UHGV virus genome: UHGV-0128973
Source: a virus
Strand: one strand, 5' to 3'
Length of the DNA stretch: 64,000 bases
The notes under the pieces were generated by a model. It saw only the letters and a program-made list of their open reading frames with translations. It made no database searches and had not been told where the DNA came from. Positions 1-9,675 of the stretch are shown here, piece after piece (the stretch's first letter is position 1; every line of letters starts with the position of its first letter). Made by a program: the position numbers and the translations under genes.

Positions 1-14
1 GCATATAGTCAATA

Positions 15-899
15 TTATGGATTGCGCTTATGGATCTGGAAGCCGATTTTTCTGCCGTTTTTTATCTCTGAAAATTTAAGATATTCAATAGCTTCCAAAT
101 CTTTCATGGCTTTTCTGATAACGCTATTTTGCACGCTAACGGATGATTTGAGATTAAGCCTTGCTCTAAGGCGCTCAATGCTGACAGGTGCCGGGTTGGC
201 GGGTAGAGCCTCAAAGAATGTATACAGCACCTTGGCCGTCTCTTTGCGCCCGAGCTTATCCAGCATCTTCAGCTTCAGGATTCGCTTATAGTCAACATAG
301 TAAAGTTCAGATAGCTGTTTTTGCGGCTGGATCTCGATAACATCAAGCTCGGTATTCAGGCTGCTATATGCCAACAAGTTGACGTTAATGTTATTGAGAT
401 GACCTTTTGCCGCCGGGAAGCGGAATTTGACAACTGTCTGCTGAATGCGTGTCAGAGAGTCATCAATACTTTTACGGAACGCCTTTGAAAGGCGCTTACG
501 TGGATAGCCGCATCGATCGGCAAACTCGGAGAATGGCAGGGTGATTATGCCGTCATCATCAGGAGCATAGTCAAACAACGCGGAGGTTATGCCCACCCAC
601 ACCTTAAAATCAGTATCCATATCCAGGCGTGGACCATGAATTTCAATTCCCTCATAGCCTTCCTGCTCAACAATTTTGAGGCTTGATAGTTCTTCGGTTG
701 CGTTCGTTGTGTTTGTTGTAACTGACGATCCGCGACGTAGCGCCACATTGGTAGATTTTAAGGTTGGCACAAACACACCTAAGCGCAACAAAGCTATGGG
801 TTGTATAGTGCTGTTGTTATTGGGCTTCAGGCTGTGGATTTCTCCTGTATTTCCTGCAACTTCTTCAACGCTAAGGAAGCCTTTACTTTCTTCCGGCAT
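15..899 (-). CDS. repA: Plasmid replication initiator RepA (P1/RepFIB-type iteron-binding protein)
   Basis: 294-aa ORF with strong resemblance to remembered P1 RepA (e.g. NNSTIQPIALLRLGVFVP); immediately downstream of a 5-iteron array and GATC/DnaA-box origin. Confidence 0.85.
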   Translation of the reverse strand: MPEESKGFLSVEEVAGNTGEIHSLKPNNNSTIQPIALLRLGVFVPTLKSTNVALRRGSSVTTNTTNATEELSSLKIVEQEGYEGIEIHGPRLDMDTDFKVWVGITSALFDYAPDDDGIITLPFSEFADRCGYPRKRLSKAFRKSIDDSLTRIQQTVVKFRFPAAKGHLNNINVNLLAYSSLNTELDVIEIQPQKQLSELYYVDYKRILKLKMLDKLGRKETAKVLYTFFEALPANPAPVSIERLRARLNLKSSVSVQNSVIRKAMKDLEAIEYLKFSEIKNGRKIGFQIHKRNP

Positions 900-976
900 C
901 GTGGTTTCTCCATGTGTGGCGCGGCCTGGCGTTAATTTAGATGACTGTTATCAACAGCTGTGAATATTCAGGCTCT

Positions 977-1080
977 AAAATCGCGTACAGTCAACGTTTC
1001 TGTCGCGTATAGTCAACAATAAATCGCGTGCAGTCAACATAAAATCGCACACAGTCAACATAAAATCGCGTATAGTCAAT
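977..1080. repeat. Five direct 19-bp iterons (AAAATCGCGTRYAGTCAAC-like) at ~21-bp spacing; origin iterons upstream of repA
   Basis: Read directly: copies at 977, 999, 1021, 1041 and 1062, all ending AGTCAAC/T. Confidence 0.85.
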
Positions 1081-1195
1081 GTTGATCCCGTTTCAGGCCA
1101 TGAACGGCGCGGCTTACAGCGATCCGGGATCTTCTTTGGATCTTCCTAGGTTCTCTTTGGGATCTGTTTATTGGATCTATGCTGTGGATAAGTTG
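1081..1195. promoter_or_regulatory. Plasmid origin core: cluster of six GATC (Dam) sites plus DnaA box TGTGGATAA (1184-1192)
   Basis: GATC at 1084, 1121, 1128, 1139, 1161 and 1174; consensus DnaA box adjacent; position next to iterons and repA. Confidence 0.7.
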
Positions 1196-1233
1196 AATAA
1201 ACCGGCCAACATAGCCGGTTGGAAGGAAGGGTA

Positions 1234-1626
1234 TTATTCTACGCTTTCGATAAGAAGACCATGTTCATAACATTTAAGCTCATCGCCTTCGTACAGGAAT
1301 TGGTATCCAATACCACCATATTCAGGCACATTAGGGAATAACTCATCACTTACCGAAGAACAAATCACACCAATGCAGCGATCAACGCCTTCTCGTTCTT
1401 CAGTGCTGAAAAAATCCTCTTCGGTAAGAACATGAGTACATTGCTCATCAGCATAGGTCGGAAATACATGCTCGATGCAATCCGGGTGTTTTAAACCAAG
1501 CTGATCGGCAAGCTCGAAAGCATGACGGTATTGTTCAGATCCTGGCTTGCCAACAGTGATGTGCTCAATTTTGTAGATTGAAGTCGCTTTGTTGATAGTT
1601 TGCTTTACTGTTACTTTATCAGACAT
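1234..1626 (-). CDS. Hypothetical protein (130 aa)
   Basis: Compact ORF in a co-directional minus-strand gene block next to the replicon; no recognisable motif. Confidence 0.5.
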   Translation of the reverse strand: MSDKVTVKQTINKATSIYKIEHITVGKPGSEQYRHAFELADQLGLKHPDCIEHVFPTYADEQCTHVLTEEDFFSTEEREGVDRCIGVICSSVSDELFPNVPEYGGIGYQFLYEGDELKCYEHGLLIESVE

Positions 1627-1637
1627 AAAAATCCCTT

Positions 1638-1889
1638 TTAGTTACCGCTGATAGCGCGGTTGTAATCATTAACGTTGCGATTCTTCCTGTTAATCCCCTT
1701 CAGCATCGTTTCTGTATCGAGGATATACGCTGGCAGATCATCAAAATATTCACTGCTAAACTCTGGCATCCTGCACATAAATGCACTTTTGGGGGCAGGG
1801 TGGTTAACCTTTGTCGGCGTCGGCGTTAAATTCGCTGATCGACTCCCGGAGCAACCGCTGAGTGTCAGCAGGAATGCGCTGGCGAACAT
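1638..1889 (-). CDS. Putative o-spanin-like lipoprotein (lipobox LSGC, Pro/Thr-rich), overlapping the i-spanin-like gene in another frame
   Basis: MFASAFLLTLSGCSG signal/lipobox then LTPTPTKVNHPAPK; start chosen at internal Met of ORF 1638..1970. Confidence 0.35.
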   Translation of the reverse strand: MFASAFLLTLSGCSGSRSANLTPTPTKVNHPAPKSAFMCRMPEFSSEYFDDLPAYILDTETMLKGINRKNRNVNDYNRAISGN

Positions 1890-2253
1890 TACCCGCCGCA
1901 ACCAGTTGTTTCTGAACTTCAGCTTTTCGTTCCATTTGCCTGTCAGCATATTTGGCTTGTTCTGATTCATTTTTCACTTCCTGGCTGTGAAAATGTTGCT
2001 CTGCTTTGTTCATCGTCTCAATGGTCTGGTTAAGATCCATTATTGACTTATCACGTTCCTTAATAGCCTGATCAAGACTGCCAATTTTCTCCATGGCTTG
2101 CTTTAGCTGATGACGTTCCCATGCAAACCCAGCACCAACAAGTGCGCAAATCAGAACAAGAACACCAGTAGCAGCAAGTTTCTCCTTCAAAGACAAAGCT
2201 GTTTTTAACGTAGAAAAGAATGACATGTCTTCCTCCTGAAGAAAAATTATCAA
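1804..2253 (-). CDS. Putative i-spanin-like protein (N-terminal TM helix plus coiled coil)
   Basis: Hydrophobic segment TGVLVLICALVGAGFAW followed by a long charged helical region; o-spanin-like ORF embedded at its 3' end. Confidence 0.4.
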   Translation of the reverse strand: MIIFLQEEDMSFFSTLKTALSLKEKLAATGVLVLICALVGAGFAWERHQLKQAMEKIGSLDQAIKERDKSIMDLNQTIETMNKAEQHFHSQEVKNESEQAKYADRQMERKAEVQKQLVAAGNVRQRIPADTQRLLRESISEFNADADKG

Positions 2254-2265
2254 TGAAGTCCTTTG

Positions 2266-3111
2266 TTACTGTGCCGCTTTGTTTAATTCATCAAGAACAG
2301 AATCAGGAACCAAAGCGGCAACTGCGCTGGCTGTGCTGACCTTATTTGCTGATGCTTCCGCAAGCGCGGTACCGATAGCATGGTTATAAGCAGTTATGGC
2401 TACGTTGGCGCTTTCATACGCTCGTTCATACTGCTGTTGTAACGCAGTTGTGGGCGCTGTTGTCTGGTTGAAAACAACCCTAAACTGTTCCGTTGCTACT
2501 TTCAGAGATTCAATTTGCTCTTCTGTTAGTGCTGGTGGGGGAGTGGCAGTGCCGCCGCCTGAACCAGAGCCTGACGAGCTTCCTGAGCCAGTGTTAAGGG
2601 TCTGGTTAATCTCCCCCATAGCAGCGACTAAACTTGATGTATTAAGCGCGTTAACAGCGTCCTCAAGCGATTTAGTAATATTCACATCACCAATGGCAAT
2701 AGAGATCGGCAGTTCTGAAACTTCTCGCTCATTAGCACGGCAGTAAACATCCCAACCAATATCGAGTTGAAGCAGCATTGACAGATCTGCATAACCAGCC
2801 AACAGGTCCGCGTGCTTAGTTGCCAGTTCTCCAATGTTCGTTAAGCCGGTTGTGGTTGTTCTGATCGTTGAAACATAGCTGGTAATAGTGTCGGGATAGA
2901 CAATTGTATCCAGAATTAATCCGGTCAATTCTTCTGCAAGCAGTTTTGCTGTGTTAGCACTGTTTCGTGCCGATGTTATGGCACCAGGTGTTTTCATCCC
3001 ACCGGCGGCGGCCAATTTTTTATATGCGGATAACTGGTAGTCTTTTTCCAGCATGATATCTCCTAACTTACCTGAACCAGGCCGTCTCCGGACGCTACGG
3101 TAGATCCGCAT
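2266..3111 (-). CDS. Hypothetical protein with Gly/Ser-rich linker (possible virion protein)
   Basis: 281-aa ORF containing GSGSSSGSGSGGG low-complexity tract; true start may be internal Met near 3054. Confidence 0.5.
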   Translation of the reverse strand: MRIYRSVRRRPGSGKLGDIMLEKDYQLSAYKKLAAAGGMKTPGAITSARNSANTAKLLAEELTGLILDTIVYPDTITSYVSTIRTTTTGLTNIGELATKHADLLAGYADLSMLLQLDIGWDVYCRANEREVSELPISIAIGDVNITKSLEDAVNALNTSSLVAAMGEINQTLNTGSGSSSGSGSGGGTATPPPALTEEQIESLKVATEQFRVVFNQTTAPTTALQQQYERAYESANVAITAYNHAIGTALAEASANKVSTASAVAALVPDSVLDELNKAAQ

Positions 3112-3347
3112 GAAACAGGGTCACCAACGCATACGATCCCTTTACCATTGACGGTAAACCATGCCCTGGTTGATATAGCTTGCCCACCGTGCGTACTGTT
3201 TCCATCGGTATGCTGTGCATATTGCTTACCATCAACTAACACTTCGACTCCGTTGACTTTAAGTAGTGGTTCACTCTCTACAGGAGGCCTGGATGGGAAT
3301 CCTCCGTGCCCCGAACAAATGCTGTCTTTTGTTGCAATACTTGCCAC
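3063..3347 (-). CDS. Small PAAR-like protein (candidate spike-tip protein)
   Basis: 94 aa with repeated HGG motifs and VCVGDPVSCGS, reminiscent of PAAR repeats. Confidence 0.35.
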   Translation of the reverse strand: MASIATKDSICSGHGGFPSRPPVESEPLLKVNGVEVLVDGKQYAQHTDGNSTHGGQAISTRAWFTVNGKGIVCVGDPVSCGSTVASGDGLVQVS

Positions 3348-3427
3348 GTCATCACCAATTATTTGCTCTGGTTTTCGTTATTTTAACTTAGGTTACTTGT
3401 GGTCTACATGGTGTTAACTATTGTATG

Positions 3428-3444
3428 ATTGCTCTAATAAATAT
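3428..3444 (+). promoter_or_regulatory. C1-repressor operator-like site (ATTGCTCTAATAAATAT)
   Basis: 16/17 match to the asymmetric P1 C1 operator consensus ATTGCTCTAATAAATTT in a divergent intergenic region. Confidence 0.6.
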
Positions 3445-3515
3445 TGTTTTTTATGTCGTGTTTTCGGTACCATTCAGCCATCGCCCTTCAATGGGTATTT
3501 GTTTGGAGTCGTCAG

Positions 3516-3800
3516 ATGCAGATGGAGCTAATAAGCCGCAAAGAGTTCGATAGCCGTGTAACCAGCGGTGAACTCGACAACTTGCAGGCTATCAAGGTGA
3601 AAGAAGGCTTTTGCCTCATTGGGAATCAGAGCGGAACAAATCGCGTTTTTATGCTTCGCCGTACGGATTTGAAGCCATTTGTCTGGAAGAACGAAATTGG
3701 TCCCAGCTCATACGCTCAAACTAGGGGGTGCCTCAACCTGGCCTTTTTCTACAAAAACGAGCTTTCTGTGGTTGATATTCAAGGGTTACAACATGTTTAA
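3516..3800 (+). CDS. Hypothetical small protein
   Basis: ORF 3444..3800, probable internal start ([11 protein letters not shown]); upstream of the rdgC homologue. Confidence 0.3.
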   Translation: MQMELISRKEFDSRVTSGELDNLQAIKVKEGFCLIGNQSGTNRVFMLRRTDLKPFVWKNEIGPSSYAQTRGCLNLAFFYKNELSVVDIQGLQHV

Positions 3801-4698
3801 GCACTGGAAAAACATTACTATTTATAAACTTTCTCGTGAAGCGGATCTGACCGACTTAGAAGATAAAAAGAAAATGATCCTTTTCACGCCATGCGGTAGT
3901 CAGGATATGGCCAAGTTCGGTTTTGTATCTCCATTTGGTGATAATTCCGAAGTTATCGCTATGCATGGAAATGGTTTTATCCTTGTTGAAGCAAAGCGCG
4001 AAACAAAAATCCTTCCCCCGCCGGTTATCCAGCGAGCTATTCAAGAAAAAATTGAAAAACTCGAGCAAGAACAAGCGCGTAAACTGAAGAAAACAGAGAA
4101 GGACTCCCTGAAAGACGAAGTTCTGCATTCTCTTCTGCCACGGGCGTTTTCAAAGTTTTCTGTTATCCAGGCGATCTACGACGGTTCAACTAAACGTATC
4201 TATATCAATGCCAGCGCGCGGCAGGCAGAGGATATGCTCGCGCTTATGCGTAAATCTCTGGGTTCTCTTCCTGTTGTTCCCCTAAGTGTTGAAAATCCCA
4301 TTGAATTAACGCTGACCGACTGGGTACGTGATGGTAGTGCTCCACAGGGATTTCAAATGGGGGATGCGGCAGAACTTAAGGCAGTGCTTGAGGATGGCGG
4401 TATTGCCCGAGTGAAAAAGCAGGATTTGGGAAGCGATGAAATTTCCACACACCTGGAAGCTGGCAAGCTCGTTACTAAGTTGGCACTCGACTGGCAGAAC
4501 CGCATTAAATTTACACTGGACCATAACTTCAGCCTTACCAGCGTCAAATTTGCGGATGAATTGCTTGAGCAGAACTCTGATATTGATAGTGAAGATGTTG
4601 CGCAGCGACTGGACGCAGATTTCTTCCTGTTGACCAGTGAAATTTCGTGCCTGGTTGATGCTCTGGTAAATGCCCTTGGTGGAGAGGCTAAGCAGTGA
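3793..4698 (+). CDS. hrdC: RdgC-like recombination-associated protein
   Basis: [16 protein letters not shown]...[15 protein letters not shown] closely parallels E. coli RdgC N-terminus; ~301 aa from internal Met of ORF 3679..4698. Confidence 0.8.
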   Translation: MFKHWKNITIYKLSREADLTDLEDKKKMILFTPCGSQDMAKFGFVSPFGDNSEVIAMHGNGFILVEAKRETKILPPPVIQRAIQEKIEKLEQEQARKLKKTEKDSLKDEVLHSLLPRAFSKFSVIQAIYDGSTKRIYINASARQAEDMLALMRKSLGSLPVVPLSVENPIELTLTDWVRDGSAPQGFQMGDAAELKAVLEDGGIARVKKQDLGSDEISTHLEAGKLVTKLALDWQNRIKFTLDHNFSLTSVKFADELLEQNSDIDSEDVAQRLDADFFLLTSEISCLVDALVNALGGEAKQ

Positions 4699-6959
4699 AA
4701 GAGCTGTGCTATGGATCTGTTTGCAGTGGAATTGAAGCCGCGAGTATTGCCTGGGAACCGTTGGGTATGCGTCCGGCGTGGTTTGCTGAAATCGAGCCTT
4801 TTCCATCTGCCGTTCTTGCGCACCGCTGGCCCCATGTCGCCAACCTTGGCGACATGACAAAACTTGCCAAAAAAGTCCTGGCTGGGGAAATCGAATCCCC
4901 TGATGTGCTCGTCGGGGGTACGCCTTGTCAGGCATTCAGTATCGCGGGCTTACGTGGTGGGCTTGATGATGAACGCGGCGCGCTAACTTTGAAGTATGTG
5001 GAGCTTGCAAATGCAATTGACGACAAACGGTCTGAGTCCTTCCTCAAACCGACAGTTATCGTCTGGGAAAATGTCCCAGGAGTCCTGTCATCGGCAGATA
5101 ACGCCTTCGGATGTTTCCTTGCCGGATTGGCTGGAGAAGATGCGCCATTTGAACCAGGTGATCGACCTGAATCAGGAAAAAGTAACGCGTTCTGGCGGTG
5201 GGATGGCAAAACCGGTTGCCATGCTCCAAAGTGGCCGCAGTGTGGTTGTATTTATGGACCGCAGCGAAAGGTGGCCTGGAGAATCCTTGATGCCCAATAC
5301 TTCGGAGTGGCACAACGACGCCGACGCGTGTTTGTTGTCGCAAGTGCTCGAACAGACCTCGATCCCGCAACGGTACTTTTTGAGTTCGAAGGCGTGCGCC
5401 GGAATATTGCGCCGAGCCGAAAAAAGAAGGAAATCGCTTCCGCCATTATTGCAAATGGCGCTGCAATCAGTGGCGAAAGCCTAAATCCATGCCTACACGC
5501 TGACATGCCACCCGGTATGAAATCGACGAAAGCCGTAAACGCTTTCAGGATGGCGGCATTTGGGGAATATATTGACGATGAAACCGCATCGACAGTAAAG
5601 GCAAGAGATTTTAAAGATGCCACTGACCTTGCCGTTTTTAGCAGCACAGGAGCAGGTTTTTGGTCAGAAGGGCATGGTACATTGCGGGCACGTGAGCAAG
5701 AAAGCCATGAGCATCTTGTTACATTGGCTTTTCCTGAGCGTATGAGCGGTACACAACATGCTGCAACTAAGAATACTTCACCATCTCTAATGGCTAAAAA
5801 TCCAACAGCTGTATGCTATGAAGTAAGAAACGCAGAAGTAGCTGTCCGCCGTCTTACCCCTGTCGAATGTGAAAGGCTGCAAGGTTTTCCTGATGGGCAT
5901 ACGTTGATCCCGACGGAAAAGCGTAAAAAAGTTAATTCAGATGAACTGGCATATCTTCGCAATCACTATCCAGATTTAAGCGAAGAAGAGGCCGCGATGC
6001 TTGCAGCTGACGGACCGCGTTACAAAGCGATCGGCAATAGTATGGCAATACCAGTAATGTGCTGGATTGGCGATCGGATTACTAAGGCCGTATGTCGGCA
6101 GAAAGAAGGAAGTGAAACAAAAGAGCGAAAAGTTAAACCAGCGGCAGAATTCGAACGGTCCATATTCAAATGGGCTGGTGGAAAATTTGGTGTTCTGGAA
6201 CAAATCTTTCGCTATTTGCCAGAAGGGAAGCGCCTGATTGAACCTTTCGTTGGTGGCGGAGCTGTCTTCATGAATGCCGGATACCAGGAAAATCTGCTAA
6301 ATGATGTGAATGCTGACCTGATTAACTTTTACAAGACTCTGCAACGCGAGGCGCATTCACTTATCACTCTGGCACATCGTTTCTTCCAGGACTACAACAC
6401 GCAGGAAGGATACCTGGCAGTACGGAATGCGTTTAACAAACAAGTCTATGATGATTTACATCGCGCAGCGGCGTTTTTGTTCCTGAACCGACATTGTTTT
6501 AACGGATTGACGCGTTACAACCAAGCCGGTGAGTTCAATGTCGGTTATGGGAAGTATAAAACTCCGTATTTCCCATTGCAGGAGATGGAAGCCTTCCTTG
6601 GTGCGGAAGGGCGTTCTGAGTTTGTATGTGGTGATTTTGCTGCGGTGATTGAAGCTGCCGGAGAAGGAGATGTCATCTTTTGCGATCCGCCGTATGAACC
6701 GCTCCCAAATACAGAGGGATTCACGAACTATTCCGGTCATGACTTTAAGTTTGAAGAGCAAAAACGCCTGGTGTCTCTGTTGACGGATGCTCATCGCCGA
6801 GGTGCAAAGGTTCTCATTACTAACAGTGGCGCGCCAAACATCAGAGAACTTTATCAGGACAGTGGCTTCAGAGTGGAACCTCTTTTTGCCAGACGTTCTG
6901 TGTCTTGTAAGGGGGACACTCGAGGTGTTGCTCATGACGTTATAGCAATATTGCTCTAA
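4695..6959 (+). CDS. dmt: Bifunctional DNA methyltransferase Dmt (N-terminal C5-cytosine MTase-like, C-terminal Dam-like N6-adenine MTase)
   Basis: 754 aa; [11 protein letters not shown] and ENV motifs (C5-MTase) then FKWAGGK and DPPY motifs (Dam-type); GTG start with RBS GGAGAGG. Confidence 0.9.
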   Translation: MKELCYGSVCSGIEAASIAWEPLGMRPAWFAEIEPFPSAVLAHRWPHVANLGDMTKLAKKVLAGEIESPDVLVGGTPCQAFSIAGLRGGLDDERGALTLKYVELANAIDDKRSESFLKPTVIVWENVPGVLSSADNAFGCFLAGLAGEDAPFEPGDRPESGKSNAFWRWDGKTGCHAPKWPQCGCIYGPQRKVAWRILDAQYFGVAQRRRRVFVVASARTDLDPATVLFEFEGVRRNIAPSRKKKEIASAIIANGAAISGESLNPCLHADMPPGMKSTKAVNAFRMAAFGEYIDDETASTVKARDFKDATDLAVFSSTGAGFWSEGHGTLRAREQESHEHLVTLAFPERMSGTQHAATKNTSPSLMAKNPTAVCYEVRNAEVAVRRLTPVECERLQGFPDGHTLIPTEKRKKVNSDELAYLRNHYPDLSEEEAAMLAADGPRYKAIGNSMAIPVMCWIGDRITKAVCRQKEGSETKERKVKPAAEFERSIFKWAGGKFGVLEQIFRYLPEGKRLIEPFVGGGAVFMNAGYQENLLNDVNADLINFYKTLQREAHSLITLAHRFFQDYNTQEGYLAVRNAFNKQVYDDLHRAAAFLFLNRHCFNGLTRYNQAGEFNVGYGKYKTPYFPLQEMEAFLGAEGRSEFVCGDFAAVIEAAGEGDVIFCDPPYEPLPNTEGFTNYSGHDFKFEEQKRLVSLLTDAHRRGAKVLITNSGAPNIRELYQDSGFRVEPLFARRSVSCKGDTRGVAHDVIAILL

Positions 6960-6967
6960 TAAATTTA
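6951..6967 (+). promoter_or_regulatory. C1 operator (perfect ATTGCTCTAATAAATTT) overlapping the dmt stop codon
   Basis: Exact 17-bp consensus read in sequence. Confidence 0.65.
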
Positions 6968-7143
6968 TTAGTGTAATATCGCCTCAATGAATCGTGATTT
7001 ATAGAGCGATTTAGCTGTTAGCCGCGACAGGCGCGGCGGCAAGTATGGCGGGGTAGTGACTCCTTCCCCCTCATGACGCCGAGTTGCCAGGTTGACCATA
7101 CGCCTAAGTGGCAACACCGAAGTGCGTTACGAGCTTCCAGTTT

Positions 7144-7169
7144 GCCCATCTTCGGGTGGGCGTTTTTTT
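7144..7169 (+). terminator. Rho-independent terminator downstream of dmt
   Basis: GCCCA-loop-TGGGC hairpin followed by GTTTTTTT. Confidence 0.6.
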
Positions 7170-7634
7170 CAGGGTTTTCGTCATGGTTAGCGACTTTGCG
7201 GCGGTTTAGAAACTGACCATTAAAGTAAATGCAAACGATGATCTGATGATGGTAGCGGCCTAAGAAGCCAGACGCCACGGGGTATGAGTCGTCCCCCGTC
7301 AAAAAATCGACCGCAGAGTGTCCCCGTCTGTGTATTAGGGAACGGGGAGGCACAACAGGTAAGGGCGCTGGTGTGATTAACCAGATGAACGAGAAGGGGC
7401 CATCTGTTGGTCAGCGTCCTTTCCTGTTGCGTCTTCTTTTCAGCGTAACAGCGGTGCTTAACAGCACTTTGGGTACAGTTCCACGAATTTACGGGTATAT
7501 CCCGTCATGCTGAAAGCGCTAATCACGCTGGAAGCCAGGGTTATGCATCCCCTGTTACCGAATTGCAGCCAGGGCGCGGTGCGCCGAAAAGCATACGGAG
7601 GTGGAAGCCCTCGCCGGAGACGTACCCGGCAAGT

Positions 7635-7709
7635 GATGGTGTAGCTCAGCGGTAGAGCAGTTGGCTGTTAACCAACTGGTCGGTGGTTCGAATCCACCCA
7701 CCATCGCCA
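7635..7709 (+). tRNA. tRNA-Asn (anticodon GUU)
   Basis: Cloverleaf folded by eye: acceptor GATGGTG/CACCATC, anticodon loop CTGTTAA, T-arm GGTGG-TTCGAAT-CCACC, encoded CCA. Confidence 0.85.
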
Positions 7710-7714
7710 ATTTA

Positions 7715-7801
7715 GGGGAGTTAGTCCGTAGGGGTAGCGGGGTAGACTGTAAATCTACTGTCATTGCGACTCGGGTGGTTCGACTCCATCACTCCCCACC
7801 A
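7715..7801 (+). tRNA. tRNA-Tyr-like (anticodon GUA, long variable arm); possibly degenerate
   Basis: Acceptor GGGGAGT/ACTCCCC, anticodon arm GTAGA-CTGTAAA-TCTAC and variable arm resemble E. coli tRNA-Tyr; D-arm irregular. Confidence 0.45.
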
Positions 7802-7805
7802 AATT

Positions 7806-7881
7806 GCCGGTTTAGCTCAGTTGGTAGAGCAGTCGCTTTGTAAGCGAATGGTCAGCGGTTCGATCCCGTTAACCGGCACCA
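7806..7881 (+). tRNA. tRNA-Thr (anticodon UGU)
   Basis: Acceptor GCCGGTT/AACCGGC, anticodon loop TTTGTAA, T-loop TTCGATC, encoded CCA. Confidence 0.8.
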
Positions 7882-8476
7882 ACACAACAGGTAAGAGCAT
7901 TTGTAGAGTTCGACTCTCTACCGTGGGCTTTTTCCCGCGATGCGAGCCATAAATGCTCTTACCGTTGTGATGAAGTGCAGCTCTTAGAAGCAACCAGAAG
8001 ATAAGCATCTGGCTTCACAACATAAACCGCAGGAACGACCAATAAACGGTAGTCCGTATGGAGAACACCCCGTTGAGGAAGAGGCCTGGCCGGAACCGTA
8101 ACCGGCACTACAACGTTGAGAACACTGGCGTAACGGGGTCATATCCCAATCTACGAATAAATGTTGCGTTGCAGCGTGACAACCAGTGTTCTCAACATTG
8201 TGGTGAATGCACAGGCTGATGTGCCGCAACTACAGTAGTGCGCGCTTTGCGGGGCTTGCTACAACCCTGTGTCGGAGTTCAGCACCGACCATCACAGTTT
8301 GATTCTCTGGCATGAGCATAACGCTGAAATAAGTCCAGCCTGGTGCGGCCCGATCACCCGCCGTTAGCTCCACGAAACGGAGCACGTAACAGGTAAGAGC
8401 ATTCTCCTGTAACGGGTTCATATCCCAATCTACAGGTCCACCAGGAATGCTCTTTCCGTTGCGGTGAATGCGGCTA
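7882..8476 (+). repeat. Three imperfect copies of a ~95-105 nt hairpin element (7882-7975, 8105-8215, 8385-8476) carrying tRNA-like fragments
   Basis: Shared AACAGGTAAGAGCAT starts, cores AACGGGKTCATATCCCAATCTAC, ends GTGRTGAATGC; long inverted repeats; T-arm-like GTAGAG-TTCGACT-CTCTAC in copy 1. Confidence 0.55.
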
Positions 8477-8613
8477 AGCGCACGCGGGGAAATGGTTATA
8501 TCAGTCCATTCATTTCTCCTTGTTTCCCCGTCCACGGTGGATAACCAGCCAAAGGACACCGGGAGGCACCCGGCACCGCAACCTTATTTCCCAACCAGTA
8601 ATGAGGTTAATAA

Positions 8614-9039
8614 ATGCTCGGCATTCTCAAAAAGAAATTCCGCAAAGCGGCTGGCGGAGTCAAGAAGATGGAAAACCGTGATGCGGTGGAAGCGACTGTC
8701 TGGGGCGCATATTCCATTGCATACTCTGACGGCACCTGCGATGCGAAAGAAATTGCAGTATTGGAAAAAACCATTGCAGCACTTCCTGCCTTTGCGCCGT
8801 TCTCCGGTGAAATTGCCCAGATGAGCGCCAATATTCGCGCTCAATATGAAGCCTCGCCGCGCCGAGCGAATGCCCAGGCTTTACGTGAACTGGCTGACGT
8901 GTCTGGAACTAATGATGCGGTAGATGTTCTGTGCCTATGCATTGATATTGCTGACCAGGATGGCATTGGGGCAGAAGAGCAGGAGCAATTGAAGAAAATT
9001 GCCCAGGCTCTTCAATTGCCACTGGAACAGTATATCTGA
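8614..9039 (+). CDS. TerB-like (tellurite-resistance domain) protein
   Basis: 141-aa ORF with TerB-type helical signature; true start may be internal (MENRDAVEA). Confidence 0.5.
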   Translation: MLGILKKKFRKAAGGVKKMENRDAVEATVWGAYSIAYSDGTCDAKEIAVLEKTIAALPAFAPFSGEIAQMSANIRAQYEASPRRANAQALRELADVSGTNDAVDVLCLCIDIADQDGIGAEEQEQLKKIAQALQLPLEQYI

Positions 9040-9202
9040 TGGTTATAAAAGCACGTCTAATTCTGGCTTTGGTTTTTCTCGTGCTATCTGTGCTGGTGGA
9101 TTTCACCAGCACAATCCTGTCGGTTTTATCCGACGGGGCGTTGGTAGCAGTAGCTGTAACATTGGTATGGCCGATATTAAAAACAGCTTCTAAGGAACAG
9201 TG

Positions 9203-9310
9203 ATGGGCTTCTGGGATTTTGCTGACAAGCATCCAATTGTTCTCGTTGTCATTGCTGGCATAGTTGTAGGCGGTATTGCTGGCGTCATAGAAGCACTCAG
9301 GAAACAGTAA
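9203..9310 (+). CDS. Small hydrophobic peptide (35 aa, single TM)
   Basis: ATG preceded by RBS AAGGAA; MGFWDFADKHPIVLVVIAGIVVGGIAGVIEALRKQ; below ORF-track length cutoff. Confidence 0.35.
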   Translation: MGFWDFADKHPIVLVVIAGIVVGGIAGVIEALRKQ

Positions 9311-9313
9311 TCC

Positions 9314-9389
9314 GGCCCTTTAGCTCAGTGGTTAGAGCTGGCGACTCATAATCGCACGGTCACCAGTTCAAGTCCGGTAGGGGCCACCA
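9314..9389 (+). tRNA. tRNA-Ile (anticodon CAU, lysidine-type) / tRNA-Met-like
   Basis: Near-identical in arrangement to E. coli tRNA-Ile2 as remembered: GGCCCTTTAGCTCAGTGGTTAGAGC..CTCATAA..TTCAAGT..AGGGGCCACCA. Confidence 0.8.
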
Positions 9390-9675
9390 TATTTGGTTGT
9401 AACACGGCGTCTGGCACATGCGTCGTTAGCGGTCTGGTGACGTTAAAAGGGGGGAACCTTGCCCCTAGCTCAGGCAACGAACCAGGTAGCCGGAATGTGC
9501 AAGCCACCGTTTGTTGTTTCTCGGGTAAAGGGATTCACCATCCTGGCGATTCGGTGTGACAGCCGGGAAGAGTCCGGCGCATTAATCCTGATTTTCTGGT
9601 GATGACTCATATCGTTAGGAGTGATTTGAGTATGCCGATTATATCTGACATTCAGCACGCCTGGGTGGAGTGCTA

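Noticed and set aside
977-1080. Possible CRISPR array (regularly spaced short repeats)
   Set aside because: The repeats are 19-bp iterons with only ~2-3 bp between them, not repeat-spacer units; they lie next to repA and a GATC/DnaA origin; no cas genes are present.
4306-4935. Minus-strand ORFs of 209 and 160 aa overlapping hrdC and the dmt start
   Set aside because: Antisense to two well-supported genes; Arg/Ser-rich low-complexity translations typical of spurious frames.
7018-7353. 111-aa minus-strand ORF in the dmt to tRNA intergenic region
   Set aside because: It spans the dmt terminator hairpin, has no RBS, and is Arg/Gly-rich in a non-coding style; the region is more likely promoter or structured RNA.
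7984-8559. Minus-strand ORFs of 81 and 109 aa within the tRNA-flanking repeat region
   Set aside because: They run through the inverted-repeat elements and are Cys/Arg-rich without start context; better explained as non-coding structured sequence.
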